From NCBI RefSeq assembly GCF_009914755.1, contig NC_060927.1: a stretch of DNA of 64,000 bases; one strand, written 5' to 3'. This DNA comes from the human T2T-CHM13v2.0 reference genome, Homo sapiens. The notes beneath the pieces were generated by a model. The model saw nothing but the letters and a program-made list of their open reading frames with translations, made no database searches and was not told where the DNA came from. The number at the start of each line of letters is the position of its first letter. Position 1 is the first letter of the stretch. The position numbers and the translations under genes are program-made. Positions 1-13,381 of the stretch are shown piece by piece.

Positions 1-1597
1 GAAGCTGGTGGAGCTGCCTGGCTCTTTAGTTCTCAGAAAAGAAGACCAAACAAATGCCAGGGGTTACTTCCACATTCCTAGATCTTCCGTCACTTCTGGA
101 GCTTTAGATGTCTTCAAGACTTGATTTATAAAGATAAATTGATGGTGGTTTTATTTCATAATTGTCACTTATTCCACTGAGTTACATTTGCATTTCATAA
201 TAGTGTTTCCACCTGACTCTAATACTTGCTCTCAGGAATAAAGATGCCTGCAGTTCTCACTAATTTCTGAGTTCTAGAGGATAATTAGAATGAATCTAAT
301 ACTGAATGAAGATGTGCTGATTCTCCACCCTGAGGCATATTTAATAATTTAGAGTGTTCCTTCTGTACGACAAGTCACTAACTAAAATTTCAAAGATTAT
401 ATCCAATTTGAAAAATTAAGCTGGGTGCTGTCTAACACCTGCCCAACAAGCCACTTTGACATGGCATCCTAAGCAAACGTAATATAAATAGGGGGAAAAT
501 TAGTCCCAGAACGTCAGGTATTCATGGGGAAAACCAGCACCCACGGACATCTCAAAATAAGTAAACCGCCTGGGAAGGCTATATGTCATCCCATGGATCA
601 TCACTTAGCTAAATATAAATCATATAGTAGTTATTATACTAAAGGTCATGCTAATAAGGCAGAGGGCATCCTTAAGTGGCCTTGCTTGGGTCATCATGGC
701 TCAGATTTGGAACAAATCAATTAAGCAGAAAATTAAATAAGTATCAATCATAGCTTTAAGGTTGGATAGAAACAAATGTAATAGAGTAAAACCTTATAGA
801 ATGTGTGTTTCAGACAGTGCTCTGCATATACCACGGTATGGTTTTCCTTTAGTTGATGAATTTATTTTCCATGCATGCAGGTTTCACAGTTGTGCTCCAT
901 ACTTATGTGCTTACCACTTGGAGAACATTGTTATGATGGCCAAAGAAAGCTAAGCTGCCATATGAAAGGGAATCTTTCAGATCTGCCTTTGAGTCCTGAC
1001 TTTCCCATGTGATTGCACTGTGATTTTAAGGAACATAATTTCTGTCATCTGCAGTTTTCAAATTTGTTTTTCATCAATAAAATGCAGTTAGTAATACCAA
1101 TCTGAAAAATTTACTGTATTAAGTGAGACAACATGTATTTGATATAACACATATGTTAACATACAGTAACATACATGTCTGTTACTGTATTTCGCTCAAT
1201 CAGTGACAGGAGCTATTACTACCAAAACAGATATAGAATGGTTAGATGGTGCTTATCACCTCTTGTCTACTTGTTAGAATCGGACTTATCTTTTAAGACC
1301 CAGCTCAAAGACGTCCTCCTTGATTCGACGTCAGAAGATGTCTCCTACCAGGACTCTTTGACTAATCTCCCTGATCATTTTTCTCCTTTCTTAGAACATA
1401 TCCTATGCTGCCTTACAGTACTGAGGTTGTGAACCTGACTGTTGCCCTAGCGTAGGTTGAAAAACTGGGATGTCTTTGTTAACAAGTCTTTGGAAAGCAC
1501 TTTAAAAAGAATAGTAAGTAGTTATATTATAAAAATTACAGACACAGGATGAACAACAACATACAAAAAACCTATTCAAATATCACTCACGTGAATA

Positions 1598-2689
1598 CAG
1601 TCATGTACTGCTTAATGACAGGAATATGTTCTGAGAAATGTGTCATTAGGCAATTTCATCCTTAAGCAAACATCAGAGAGTATACTTGCACATACCTAGA
1701 TGTTATAGCCTAATGCGCATCTAGGCTCCATGGTATAGCCTGTTGCTCCTGCACTACAAACCTGTACAGCATATTACTGTCCTGCATATTGTAGGCAATT
1801 GTAACACAGTGGTAAGTATTTGTATATCTAAACACAGAAAATAGACAGTAAAAACACAATATAAAAGATGGTACACCTGTATAGGGCACTTATGAATGGA
1901 GCTTGCAGGACTGGAAGTTGCCATGGGTGAGTCAGTGAGTGAGTGGTGAGTGAATGTGAAGGTCTAGGATATTCACTACTGTTTACTACTGTAGACTTTA
2001 TATATAAGCACTGTATATATAACACTTAGGCTATACTAAATTTATTTTGAAAATATTTTTCTTCAACAGTAAATTAACCTCAGCTTACTGTAACTTTTTT
2101 ACTTTATACAATTTAATTTTAAAACTTTTTGATTATTTTATAACACTTGGCTTAAAACACAAACACATTGTACAGCTGTACAAGAATATTTTCTTTTTTA
2201 TATCATTCTATAAGCATTTTCTATTTTTAACATTAATTCTTTTAACTTTTGAATTCTTTGTTAAAAACGAAGTCACGAACACACATATTAGCCTAGGCCT
2301 TCTGCCTTTCACCTCCATATCTCGTCCCACTGGGAGATCTCCATGGACAATAACATGCAGGGAGCTGTCACCTCCTATGATAACAATGCCTTCCTCTGGA
2401 ATATCTCCTGAAGGTTTTACAGTTAACATTTTTTAAATAAGTAGAAGGAGTATACTATAAAATAATGATAATAGTATAGTATAGTAAATATGTAAAGTAG
2501 TAACATAATTATGATTATATTGTACATGCTTGTATGCCCTATACTTTTATATGACTGACAGTGCAGTATGTGTGTTTACACTGCGTCACTAGGTAATAGG
2601 AATTTTTTAGTTTAATTATTATCTTATGGGACCACAACTGTATATGTGGTTCGTTGTTGACTGATACGTCATTATGCAGTGCATGACTG
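1598..2689 (+). mobile_element. Tigger3/GOLEM-type non-autonomous TcMar DNA transposon
   Basis: TA|CAGTCATG...CATGACTG|TA termini; characteristic gagtcagtgagtgagtggtgagtgaatgtgaagg core. Confidence 0.88.
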
Positions 2690-2707
2690 TACTTGTACTT
2701 TAAGATT

Positions 2708-3096
2708 GTTATGGCTTGAATGTCTGCTCTCAAAAACTCAGTTGTTGGCAGTGTGATAGTATTAAGAGGTGGGGTCATTAAGAGGCAATTCACTCATGAG
2801 GACTCCCTCCTTATGAATGGGATTAAGTGCCCTTATCAAAGGGCTTGATGGAGTGAGTTCATCCCTCTTGTTCTTCTACCTTCCACCATGTGAGGACACA
2901 GTGTTCCTTCACTGCAGAGGATCAAGCAATAATACGCCATGTTGGCAGCAGGGAGCAGCCCTTACCACACAACCGAACCTGCTGTTGCCTTGATCTTGGA
3001 CTTCCCAGCCTCCAGGACTGTGAGAAATAAATTTATGTTCTTTATAAATTACCCAGTCCGTGGTATTTTGTGACAATAGCACAGATAGGCTAAGAA
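2708..3096 (+). mobile_element. MaLR solo LTR (MSTD-like)
   Basis: TGTTATGG start; ttggacttcccagcctccag...gtgagaaataaa...ataaattacccagtc 3' motif. Confidence 0.8.
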
Positions 3097-3466
3097 AAGG
3101 ACAGAACTTGTACTGACAGTTTCCTATGCAGATTTCAAGGAGAGCTTTATCTGAAAAATATGAGCTGGAAGTAAGGAGTTGCACAACTCATAGTCATGAC
3201 AAGGACACTTAGTCTGTATGCATGTGAGGAGTTTAAATAATTGTATTTCATGAAATTTCAGAGTGGGAAAAAAGCAGTAGCTCTAAATATTTTATATAAT
3301 ATGGGAACATAAGTTTAAATTTGTTACTAAATTAACAATGTATTATAAATAGAAATTTATCTGTTTGACTTATACTCCTAATAGTTCAACATTCAAGTTT
3401 GATATTCTTATTGGAAAATGAGTCAAGTCTTAAAATTTTCTAGGTTTCCTTACAATTAGACATATA

Positions 3467-3643
3467 CCATATTTCATCCAGTCTAAAATACACAGTTTTG
3501 CACATTTGAACACCTCTGAAATGGAGATGCATCTTAAAATAGACGGCATATCATAATTTCATGGACAGTAGTTTTATTAATGATATATAATATAATGATT
3601 CATTTCAAAATTGATGGTGTCTTTGATTCTGTAAAGTACAATA
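3467..3643 (+). mobile_element. MER104/Kanga-like TcMar-Tc2 MITE relic
   Basis: ccatatttcatc...cacatttgaacacctctgaaatggagatgcatctta...gatggtgtctttgattc resembles the MER104 consensus. Confidence 0.6.
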
Positions 3644-4568
3644 TTATATTTCTCAATTGTATTGGTCAGGCTAGGCTACACTTGCTGCTGTAACAAATAC
3701 ACCTATTGACCTAGGTAACAAGGGATTTATAGCTCATTCCTATAAAGTCCTATGTGGGAAAGAATCTCTCAGGGCAGATATTCCCTGTGCAGTGACTAAG
3801 GACCAAGGCTTCTTCTATTTTATACCACCACCATCTCAGCATTTGGCTTTCAATGTTCCCACAAGCAGCAGAAGTAGATTGGAAGTAGCACACCCACACA
3901 TAAATTCTTCAGCTTGAAAATTACTTCCTTGCAATTTCATTGACTAAAACTAGTCATGTGGCCCAACTTTCCACAAAGGGCCTGGGAAGTACAGTCTTTC
4001 CTGTGCCCAAGGAGGAGAGAATCAGATATGGGTGAACACTACTGATCTTACCACAACAGTCTATCTTAGTTACCTGACTCTGAAATTAGGGTAATGAACA
4101 AAACCCAAATATATAATTGAATCATGTGAAATTTATGTTCCAATTAGATAGAGAAACAAATACCTTTATTCTTTTACAAAATAATATATTGACTTGTACC
4201 AAAATGAACTATTATAAAATAGGCTTATTTCTTCATATTCTATCATAAAACTGATGACAAAAACAATATTTTATTTAGTTTTAAATTTCCTGATTAAACC
4301 TAAAAAGCAAAATATAATTAAAAAAGGAGTGAGCTATAAATCCCTTGTTACCTAGGTCAGCAGGCGTATTTGTTACAGCAGCAAGTGTAGCCTAGCCTGA
4401 CCAATACAATTGAGAAATATCATATTGTACTTTACAGAATCAAAGACACCATCAATTTTGAGATGAATCATTATATTATATATCATTAATAAAACTACTG
4501 TCCATGAAATTATGATATGCCGTCTATTTTAAGATGCATCTCCATTTCAGAGGTGTTCAAATGTGCAA
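3498..4568. repeat. Long inverted repeat: 244-bp arms (3498-3741 / 4325-4568), 583-bp spacer
   Basis: Manual reverse-complement alignment, about 6 mismatches and no gaps. Confidence 0.95.
3658..4056 (-). mobile_element. Old MaLR LTR (MLT1K/L-like)
   Basis: tgtattggtcaggctaggcta...gctgctgtaacaaa start; actagtcatgtggccc...ctgggaagtacagtc core. Confidence 0.6.
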
Positions 4569-4753
4569 TATATGTGAGGCATTTATTAAGTTGGTTCTTG
4601 AATCTCTTAATTCAGTCTATAATATGTAAAATTCTATATTGGGGCCATATGAAGCCTTGCTAAAACTGCTGGAGGACAGGGTTATATTTGTAAGGGCAAT
4701 ATTTACAGTCTTTCTTAGCTCCTCATTTCTGCCAGCTAACGAAAGTTACTATT

Positions 4754-5599
<846 letters not shown>

Positions 5600-7026
5600 C
5601 TATATTGGATTATGTCTGCTTCCAGTCAAATAACCACCATCTTTGATTCATATGCTAGTTTTTTTTGTTGAAGTGATTGAAATAGCTTGCTTTGGTGTTT
5701 AGGCCAGACTTTAATTTAGAAATTTATGATAGGCATTTTAATTAATATTCTTTGATTTTTATAAAGGAACTTCCTATTTTGTTTTGTGACATTAAGGGCC
5801 ACCTCAGTACCAGATACTAATTGTTGTAAGTGAGAGATCCCCTAGAATCACCTGTCAAACTCTTTCATTTTTTGAAGTGAAATAGCACATCTCCAGAAAA
5901 AAAAAAAAAGAAAAGAAAAAAGAACTTTCTGGCAAGTAACTATGGCAGCAAAACCTAATATCTTTTTCACTCATCAGTAACAACATTTTCAACTGACTTC
6001 TCTTTTTCTCTTGCTTCTAAAAAACTCAAAAAAGGAAAAATAGGAAACCACTAAAAAGATCCAAAATGATCGTTGCATTTCATAATAGTGTGTATAAGTG
6101 TGAGCAGTATAATGAATTTGACTTATTCTCTCCTTTATCGTCAATTTTCCACTTCTGTCTTCAGGGAAGTATGTGAAGTCGCCAGCATTTATAACTCACC
6201 AGGTAGACTTGTCTCTGATCTTGCAGGATGGGTTTCTTGCAAACCCATCTCATTGTTCTGTGCACTGGCATCCACATGTGGGGATATATTTATATGAATG
6301 TGTAGTATAAACATACCTACCTACCTTCACAGCTAACCTTGATGATCCTTTCCTGCTAACCCCTTCATTTGTCTGAATTTTTTTTCTGGCCAAGGCTCGT
6401 TTAAATTATTAATGGGAGTTCTTCTTACTATTGAAGATTAGCTGGCAAAGTAAATATTTGTAGGTGAGTTTAAGATGCCTGCAGTCTTTCATTGCATGCA
6501 TTGGCGCCTGGGCATTTTGGGTTGTAGAAATCAAAGAGACTTTACCCTTTTTTATATCTCAGATTGATTTTCTCTTTTGACTCTAGAAGAAATGAAAAAA
6601 CTCAACCCTTCTTCCAGCTCAATTCCACATGACCTGTTTTCTTGGCTTCAAATAGCATAAAGCTAAATTAACCTGCTTCTTTCCTTCCACCCTCTACCTC
6701 CCACAAATCCATTTTAAGATATAATAATTTGACAATTTGCATAAGCAGTTGCTTATGAGCATATGGTGTCTAGTCAAATAAATTTAGCCTCCTTTTATTT
6801 GTGAGATTATACATTTTGAACAGGACCAACCTTTGTGTGTTTTTGACATCCCAAATGAAAAATTTTAGTGGTATACTTGAGAGGGCTGAAAGGTGACTAC
6901 CGATTAAGAAAGAGCAGATTTTAGAAAAAATTTTAAAATGTTTCCCTTGGCCCCTTTAGCTCTGTGCCATGTTTGAGGAGAGTAGGTCATTGCCCTGACT
7001 ATGCTAACATGTTCACAGGCCAACTT

Positions 7027-7727
7027 CTTTTTTTAAAATTAAATAAAATTTAAAGTTCTGGGATATGTGTGCAGGATGTGCAGGTTTGTTACATAAGTAA
7101 ACATGTGCCATGGTGGTTTATGGCACCTGTCAACCCATCACCTGGGTATTCAACCCCATATGCATTAGCTATTTATCCTGATTCTCTCCCTCCCCCTGGC
7201 CCCATGACAGGCCCCAGTGTGTGTTTTTCCCCTCCCTGTGTCCATGTGTTCTCATTGCTCAGCTCCAGCTTATAAGTGAGAACATGTGGTGTTTGGTTTT
7301 CTGTTCCTGTGTTAGTTTGCTGAGGATAATGGCTTCCAGCTCCATCTATGTCCCTGCAAAGGACATGACCTCATTCCTTTTTATGGCTGCATAGTATTCC
7401 ATGGTGTATATGTATCACATTTTCTTTATCCAGTCTATCACTGATGGACATTTGGGTTGATTCCATGTCTTTGCTATTGTGAATAGTGCTGCAATAAACA
7501 TACATGTGCATGTATCTTTATAACAGAATGATTTATATTCCTTTGGGTATATACTGGTAATGGGATTGCTGGGTCAAATGGTATTTCTGGTTCTAGGCCT
7601 TTGAGGAATCACCACACTGTCTTCCACAATGGTTGTACTAATTTGTATTCCCACCAACAGTGTAAAAGCATTCCTATTTCCCCACAGCCTTGCCAGCATC
7701 TGTTGTTTCTCGACTTTTTATAATCGC
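7027..7727 (-). mobile_element. 5'-truncated L1PA (about PA8-PA10) 3' end
   Basis: L1 3'UTR and ORF2 end on the minus strand; TSD-like aggcca(a/t)cttctt at both ends. Confidence 0.9.
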
Positions 7728-8015
7728 AGAGGCCATCTTCTTACCTGTCCCTAGGAACTCCACGATTCTTTGGTGCCATCATGATGTCATTCGATGCCTC
7801 GCCTCTTACTTTTTGCTCTCAGTAAATCATATTCCTATAATCATTGCTCTCTCAGCTCAAAATTCCATCCAGCAGGCATCATGGTAAAAACATGTATTTT
7901 CCATTATATTGGCAATATTCATTGATTCAAAAATGTCAGAGGAAGTACTCACAGTATAGGAATGTATCATACCACAGCAACTTAGAGTCAATAAACTAGT
8001 TCTTTGTTACTCAAA

Positions 8016-8167
8016 GTGTGACCTGTGGATTACAATCAGTAGCATCCTGAGAATTTGTTAGAAATGCAGAATCTCGGACTCACTTCAGACTTCCTAGATC
8101 AGAAGATGCATTTTTAACAACATCTCAGTGATTCGTAGGCACATTAAAGTTTGAAAAGGACTGAGCT
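8016..8167. mobile_element. MER5-family hAT MITE
   Basis: ctcaaagtgtg...ttgttagaaatgcagaatctc...cacattaaagtttga. Confidence 0.75.
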
Positions 8168-8457
8168 AGACTCTAAACCCAAAAGAGTATGGACCATGTC
8201 CGTCTTGCTCACCATTTTATTCCTACCTACTTATACAGTAACTAGTTCAGAGTTGGTGTTGCTAAGTATTTGCTGAATGAATGACTAAACCTAGGGAAAA
8301 ATCCTATTAAGAACACGAATGCTTTTTATCTTAAACAGCATACATTTCACGCAGAGATTAATTCAGTTGGGGAAGCAGTAGAATAACAAGTTGCCAGGAG
8401 AGGATAAGTTGTGTGCATCACTGTTCATCTATAAAATTTTTCTCTTTCTTCTTAAAG

Positions 8458-8507
8458 GAGACTGTAATCTAATTTCACTAGACGAATACTGGAAAAATGA
8501 AAAATAA
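8458..8507 (+). CDS. NEK11: Coding part of an alternative NEK11 terminal exon (short isoform ending GDCNLISLDEYWKNEK*)
   Basis: Strong polypyrimidine tract (tttttctctttcttcttaaAG, AG at 8456-57). In the same phase 1 as the 52245 exon it reads G-D-C-N-L-I-S-L-D-E-Y-W-K-N-E-K-TAA (stop 8505-07), with AATAAA at 8503-08. 466+16 = 482 aa, matching my recollection of a 482-aa NEK11 isoform. Confidence 0.78.
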
Positions 8508-8965
8508 AGGAATTTCTGAAATAAGGAAATAGAATCCTCCATGCATACTTTTTGAGTCCCCTAGCTGTTGCATCTTTCTTTATGGATACCCCTACATTTA
8601 AATAATATTTTAGGTAAGTCACCAACAGTTTAAAAATATGGTTTGTTCTTCTGCAGTAACTATAGAATAGTATTTAATTTAATAGAAATGGCCAGCCATC
8701 CTTTAATAGAAGGGTCACCAGAGTAATCCTCCCAAGGCTCCTTGGGATGTGTCCTGCCTAAGAACTACTGGGAATTAAAGGGTTGTATGAAGTATAGTCT
8801 GTATTACAGGTGCACACTTGTTTCTTTTGTTTGTATCAGTTAGTCTCCCCATGGAATTCATGACAGCACTTTCCATATGACAGAACGTTAGCAAATATTG
8901 GTTGAATCACTATTTTTTAATAACAGGCCTAGTAGGGCCATTACGTGAAAATATTTTTTTAGTGG

Positions 8966-9350
8966 TTGTGTTGACTGGATCCTCTGGAAAGCAGATAATA
9001 GGACAGAGTTAGAAGTATAAGAGCTGTAATAGGGTAAAGTCTGTTGAAAGAAAACTGATAGAAAGATTGGGAGTAGGCAGAGAACCTTCAGACTATGATG
9101 CAGGTCTGACACCTGTGAAAGGCAAGCAGGAAGGAAAACAGACTGGGCAAGAAGAGTCTCAGACAGCACTGGAGCTCTGAGACAGCCTCATTCAGCCCAA
9201 TGGGTGGCTTTGAACCAGCTTTTACTGGTTCAAAGATTTCCCATAGAGGAATCCCATATTGGACAGAAATGCTATTCCCTACTGTCCCCCACCAACTCAA
9301 ATGCTCAACTGATCCCCAATATCTTACAGTTTGAGGCGCTGGGTTCACTG
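8966..9350 (-). mobile_element. Ancient ERVL-type LTR relic (LTR16/LTR41-like)
   Basis: ggatcctctggaaagcaga...gagttagaagt...tgcaggtctgacacctgtgaaagg motifs. Confidence 0.5.
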
Positions 9351-10871
9351 CATGCTTGGCAGCTAATCATCAAATTCTTGAAAGACCTGAGAAGCAGACT
9401 TCCACAGATGATTCATAGATAGTGGTTCCTTTGAGCCATTCCATATGCTTGAGATGGTAAAAGAGTATTTTGATAACAGTCTATAATTCAGTAGTTTTCT
9501 CTGACTTAAAGTAACTGTACCTCCAATATGTTCAAAGTAAGAATGACTAAAATTTCTGGAATATTCGTACACATTTCAGAAAAATCCACTAAACTGATGG
9601 CCACTGGTATACTTTAAAGAGATTTGGGGCCAGACTTTGTCTTTTCCTTACTTATGGCATTTACCAACTATGTGGACCTGGACAAAAAATTTAATATTCC
9701 CAAGCCTCAGTTTTCTCATCTGTATAATGGGAATAATCACACCCATTTTGCAGGGGTTTAGTGAGGAACAAATAAGATGATACACAAAGCTGAGCACAGC
9801 ACGTGAAACAGAAAGTACACAGCAATTTTTTACTAAAGGAGTAGAATCAGTGTCAAAGCAAGTTGCAATATTTTCTCAAGTTTCACATAAAACCTTTGAA
9901 ATGATGATCAATAGTATTTCAACTTTAATCACCAGGAAACCTTATAATTTTAGCCCATAAACACCTTCACTATATGAATTAAGAATAATTTAGAATACAG
10001 TATTTTTATTTGCTATTGTTTTTGCGTTTATGAAAAATATAAAATCACTTTGGCTGATTAGTTCTACATATCAAATGATGGTCTTAATGATGCCTATCTG
10101 GGCCAGTGAACTTAGTACCAAAATAAATTATCATCTTTGTCAGGTCTGTAGACAGCCCCCAGAATTAGAGCCAAGGCCCTACAAATGTGTATCAAGATAA
10201 TGTAGGGAGAGTGCAGCAAACTGTTCATGACCTAATTCACGCCAAGGAAGGCATTTCTAAATGGGCGCCCTCCTGTTGGTGCATCAGGGATACCACTGTT
10301 ATATCCAGAAGTAGAACCTGGGACAAAGTTCTTTCCTTAGAAGACGCTCCTTTGCCAGCCGTTTAGAGCCCATACACTAGCAGTTAAAATTTCCATCTAT
10401 TTTCTCTAAGTACATTATGAGTGTAAATATATTTTGTGCTAAGGAGCATAAGAAGGACCAGAATATGTATCCATTTTTCCATTGTAGTCTCATTTGAGAT
10501 TTAGGCCAAACTCAATAGATTAAAATATAGAGCTTGGTAGGCATAACCATGACTTTTGCAATGGAAATATTTAGGTAATACTTGTGGCTTATTTTAATGT
10601 AATCCTCTGCTTTGGGTTTATAATAAAATCAGGTAATTTTCCTGATACATAGGGATTTGTTATCCACTCTACCTCAAAGGCTGTATGTATAAGTGAACTC
10701 CTGGTTTTAGACAAATTGCTTTGAATTACTTCCATTATTTTCTCCTTTAGTTGGAATATGAAGAAATTTCAGCAGGCCTTTTTTTCATAGCATAGATTTT
10801 GAAGACAAGGAAAAGTCTGTGCTTGTTTCTGGTGCTGTGCGTTTGAGGAGCACACACTGAAAGCAATTTGT

Positions 10872-11085
10872 CTAGAAGTATGCTGTCTGATTTGAAATCC
10901 ACTAGCCACATGTGGTTACTTTAAATTAATTAAAGTTAAATACAATTAAAAATCTGTTCCTCAGTCACATTAGTCACATTTCAAGTGCTTAATAATTACA
11001 CGTGGTTAGTGGATACTGTGTTGGACAGCATACTTCTAGAACATTGCATCATCGAAGAAAGTCTTATTGGGCAGCACTGTTCCAG
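10872..11085. mobile_element. MER3/MER33 hAT MITE
   Basis: ccactagccacatgtgg...cacatttcaagtgctt...gaaagtcttattgggcagcactg. Confidence 0.8.
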
Positions 11086-12070
11086 AGTAAAATCTAAGTA
11101 TCTAAATTTTTAAAAAGCTCCACAGGTGATTCTGGTGGGAAACCTGTTTCAAAAATCACTATAACTACTATTAAATGTTGATCTTATATTTCAACTTAAA
11201 ACTCACAAAAGATTCTATTTCCCTCATTTTCCAGTTCTTCCTTGGAATGAGGGATTGGTTTACTGAAATTCTCAAATACTGACAACATGTGTCAATAACT
11301 CTTCTCCTTTTTCATAGAGAAGGACACTGAAGTGCAAAGAGGTAAAAGATGAAGGAGATATTGTTGTACTGGACCCAGCCCCATCTGCAATTTTTTTTCA
11401 GAGGTTTCTCTTCTATGCTGTGACAGCTTTCCACTAAATAGAAGAAATGAGTACAGGTGTTTTGGTTGAAGTCCTACTTCCAGAGCATATTAGGACCAAA
11501 CACTGTGATACTATTATGCTGCCTCAGACCATAGTGTAGCAAGTGAAAGCCCCAAAAGTCACACAGATTGAAAATAAAGTATTTCAGAGTTTACCTAATA
11601 ATAATTCCTTCCCACAGTGAAAGACAAAGCTTACATTTATTAAAAACCAGTTGATCATGTTAATGAGTCAGAAGTGTTCAAACCAGCTGATTTTACAAGA
11701 CTGAAGAGAAAATACAATTTAATTAGAGATGGTCAGGTAAAATAGCTAACAGTCATTAGTGACATCTAGGAGCAAATAAACAAACCCTGAGTTAATGAAG
11801 GGTACACAGGCAGATAGAGGCTTGACACTGGGACTAGAGCTGGCCTGGAGTGCCATAGTGTGAGTGTGTCTCTTGTGTGTAGTTGTGTAATGAGCTGTTT
11901 CTTACATAGCCTGGTACATAGAAGTGCATTTTGTGAGTTCATGTCTCCAAAGTGCTTGTGTGGCCTAAACAATGTCCATTTATTTTGGCTCCTTTGTGAT
12001 TAAATTTTATGATTTTAAGGTGATAAGAAAATAGTCAGTGGTATTTCTTTTTCCTCTAAAAGATTTATTA

Positions 12071-12150
12071 TTAGATTGGTGCAAAAGCAATTTCAATTTT
12101 TGCCATTGAAAGTAATGGCAAAAACCGCAATTACTTTTGCACTAACCTAG
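12071..12150. mobile_element. MADE1 (80-bp Hsmar1-derived palindromic MITE)
   Basis: ttagattggtgcaaaagcaatt...tttgccattgaaagtaatggcaaaaaccgcaattacttttgcactaaccta, flanked by TA. Confidence 0.93.
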
Positions 12151-12589
12151 TATAATAAACTTTATTTTCTTAAGTGGCAGTTTGCCTCTTTGAGCTTCAA
12201 AAGTGGTTATCTTATGTGGCTCTGTAGAAATCTCTTCAAATTTACCTGTTTTCTTCTTTCTGGGCTTCCTTTTAGGAATTCTGGAGTCCCTTCTTTTAGG
12301 AATTTTACATTGCTGTTATCCTTGTACTTTGTAAGTACCATTATATCCTTGCACTTTTCAATCCTAATTGATTTTCCTGCTCCTAGGCAATTGCCTTTCA
12401 TATCCTTTAGAAAAAGCATTCCCTGAGCACCACTTTTATCTTTCATCAACAGTCAATCTTCAACAAATATTTATCAGGCATCCATTCTGCTGAGAAAAGG
12501 GAATCCAGTAGTGAGCAAGACAGACTTGGTTCTGCCCTATAGAGCCTACAGTGAAGTTTTCCTCTACCCCAAAGTGTTTCATTACTTCC

Positions 12590-13051
12590 TGTAGTGAGTT
12601 GAATTATGACCCCCAAAAGATATGTCTGCTTGGAACCTCAGAAGGTGACCTTATTTGGAATAAAGATCTTTGCAGATAAAATTAAGGTAAGGATCTTCGG
12701 GGGAGATCACCCTGGATTACAGTGGGCCCTGAATCCAGTGACAAGTCCTCATCAGAGAAGAGAAAATAAAACAGATAGAGAGATATATTAATACAAAGAA
12801 GATGATGTGAAGAGATTGTAGTAATGCACCTACAAGCCAAGGAAGACCAAGGATTGCCAACAGCCACCAGAAGCTAGGAAGGAGGGGAGGCCTGGAACAG
12901 ATTCTTCCTCAGAGCTTCCAGAAGGAACCAACCCTGCCAGTGCCCTGATTTTGGACTTCTGACCTCCAGAATTGTGAGAGAATAAATTTCTGTTGTTTTA
13001 AGTCACCAAATTTGTGGGACTTCATTACAGCAGGCCTAGGAAACTAAAACA
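12590..13051 (+). mobile_element. MLT1B/C MaLR LTR
   Basis: tgtagtgagttgaatt...ggaacctcaga...ccaccagaagctagg...gagaataaatttctgttg. Confidence 0.8.
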
Positions 13052-13056
13052 CTTCT

Positions 13057-13381
13057 TGTCTTAGTCTGTTCAGGCTGTTGTAACAAAATACCATAGACTA
13101 GGTGGCTTATAAACAACAGAAATTTATTTATTACCATTCTGGAGACTGGGAAATCCAACATCAATGCATTGGCAGATTCAGTGTCTGGCAAGGGCCTATT
13201 TTCTGGTTCATAGATGATGACTTCTCACTGCATCTTTTATAAGGGTACTAATCCCATTCATGAAGCCTCCATTCTCACAATCTCATCACCCCTCAAAGGC
13301 TCCAACTTCTAATATCATCACATTGGTGATTACGTTTCAACATATCAATTTAGGGGAGACACAAACATTAAAACCAAACCA
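13057..13381 (-). mobile_element. MLT1A/MST-type MaLR LTR
   Basis: tgtcttagtctgttcaggctg...aacaaaataccatagact...tttcaacat. Confidence 0.78.
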
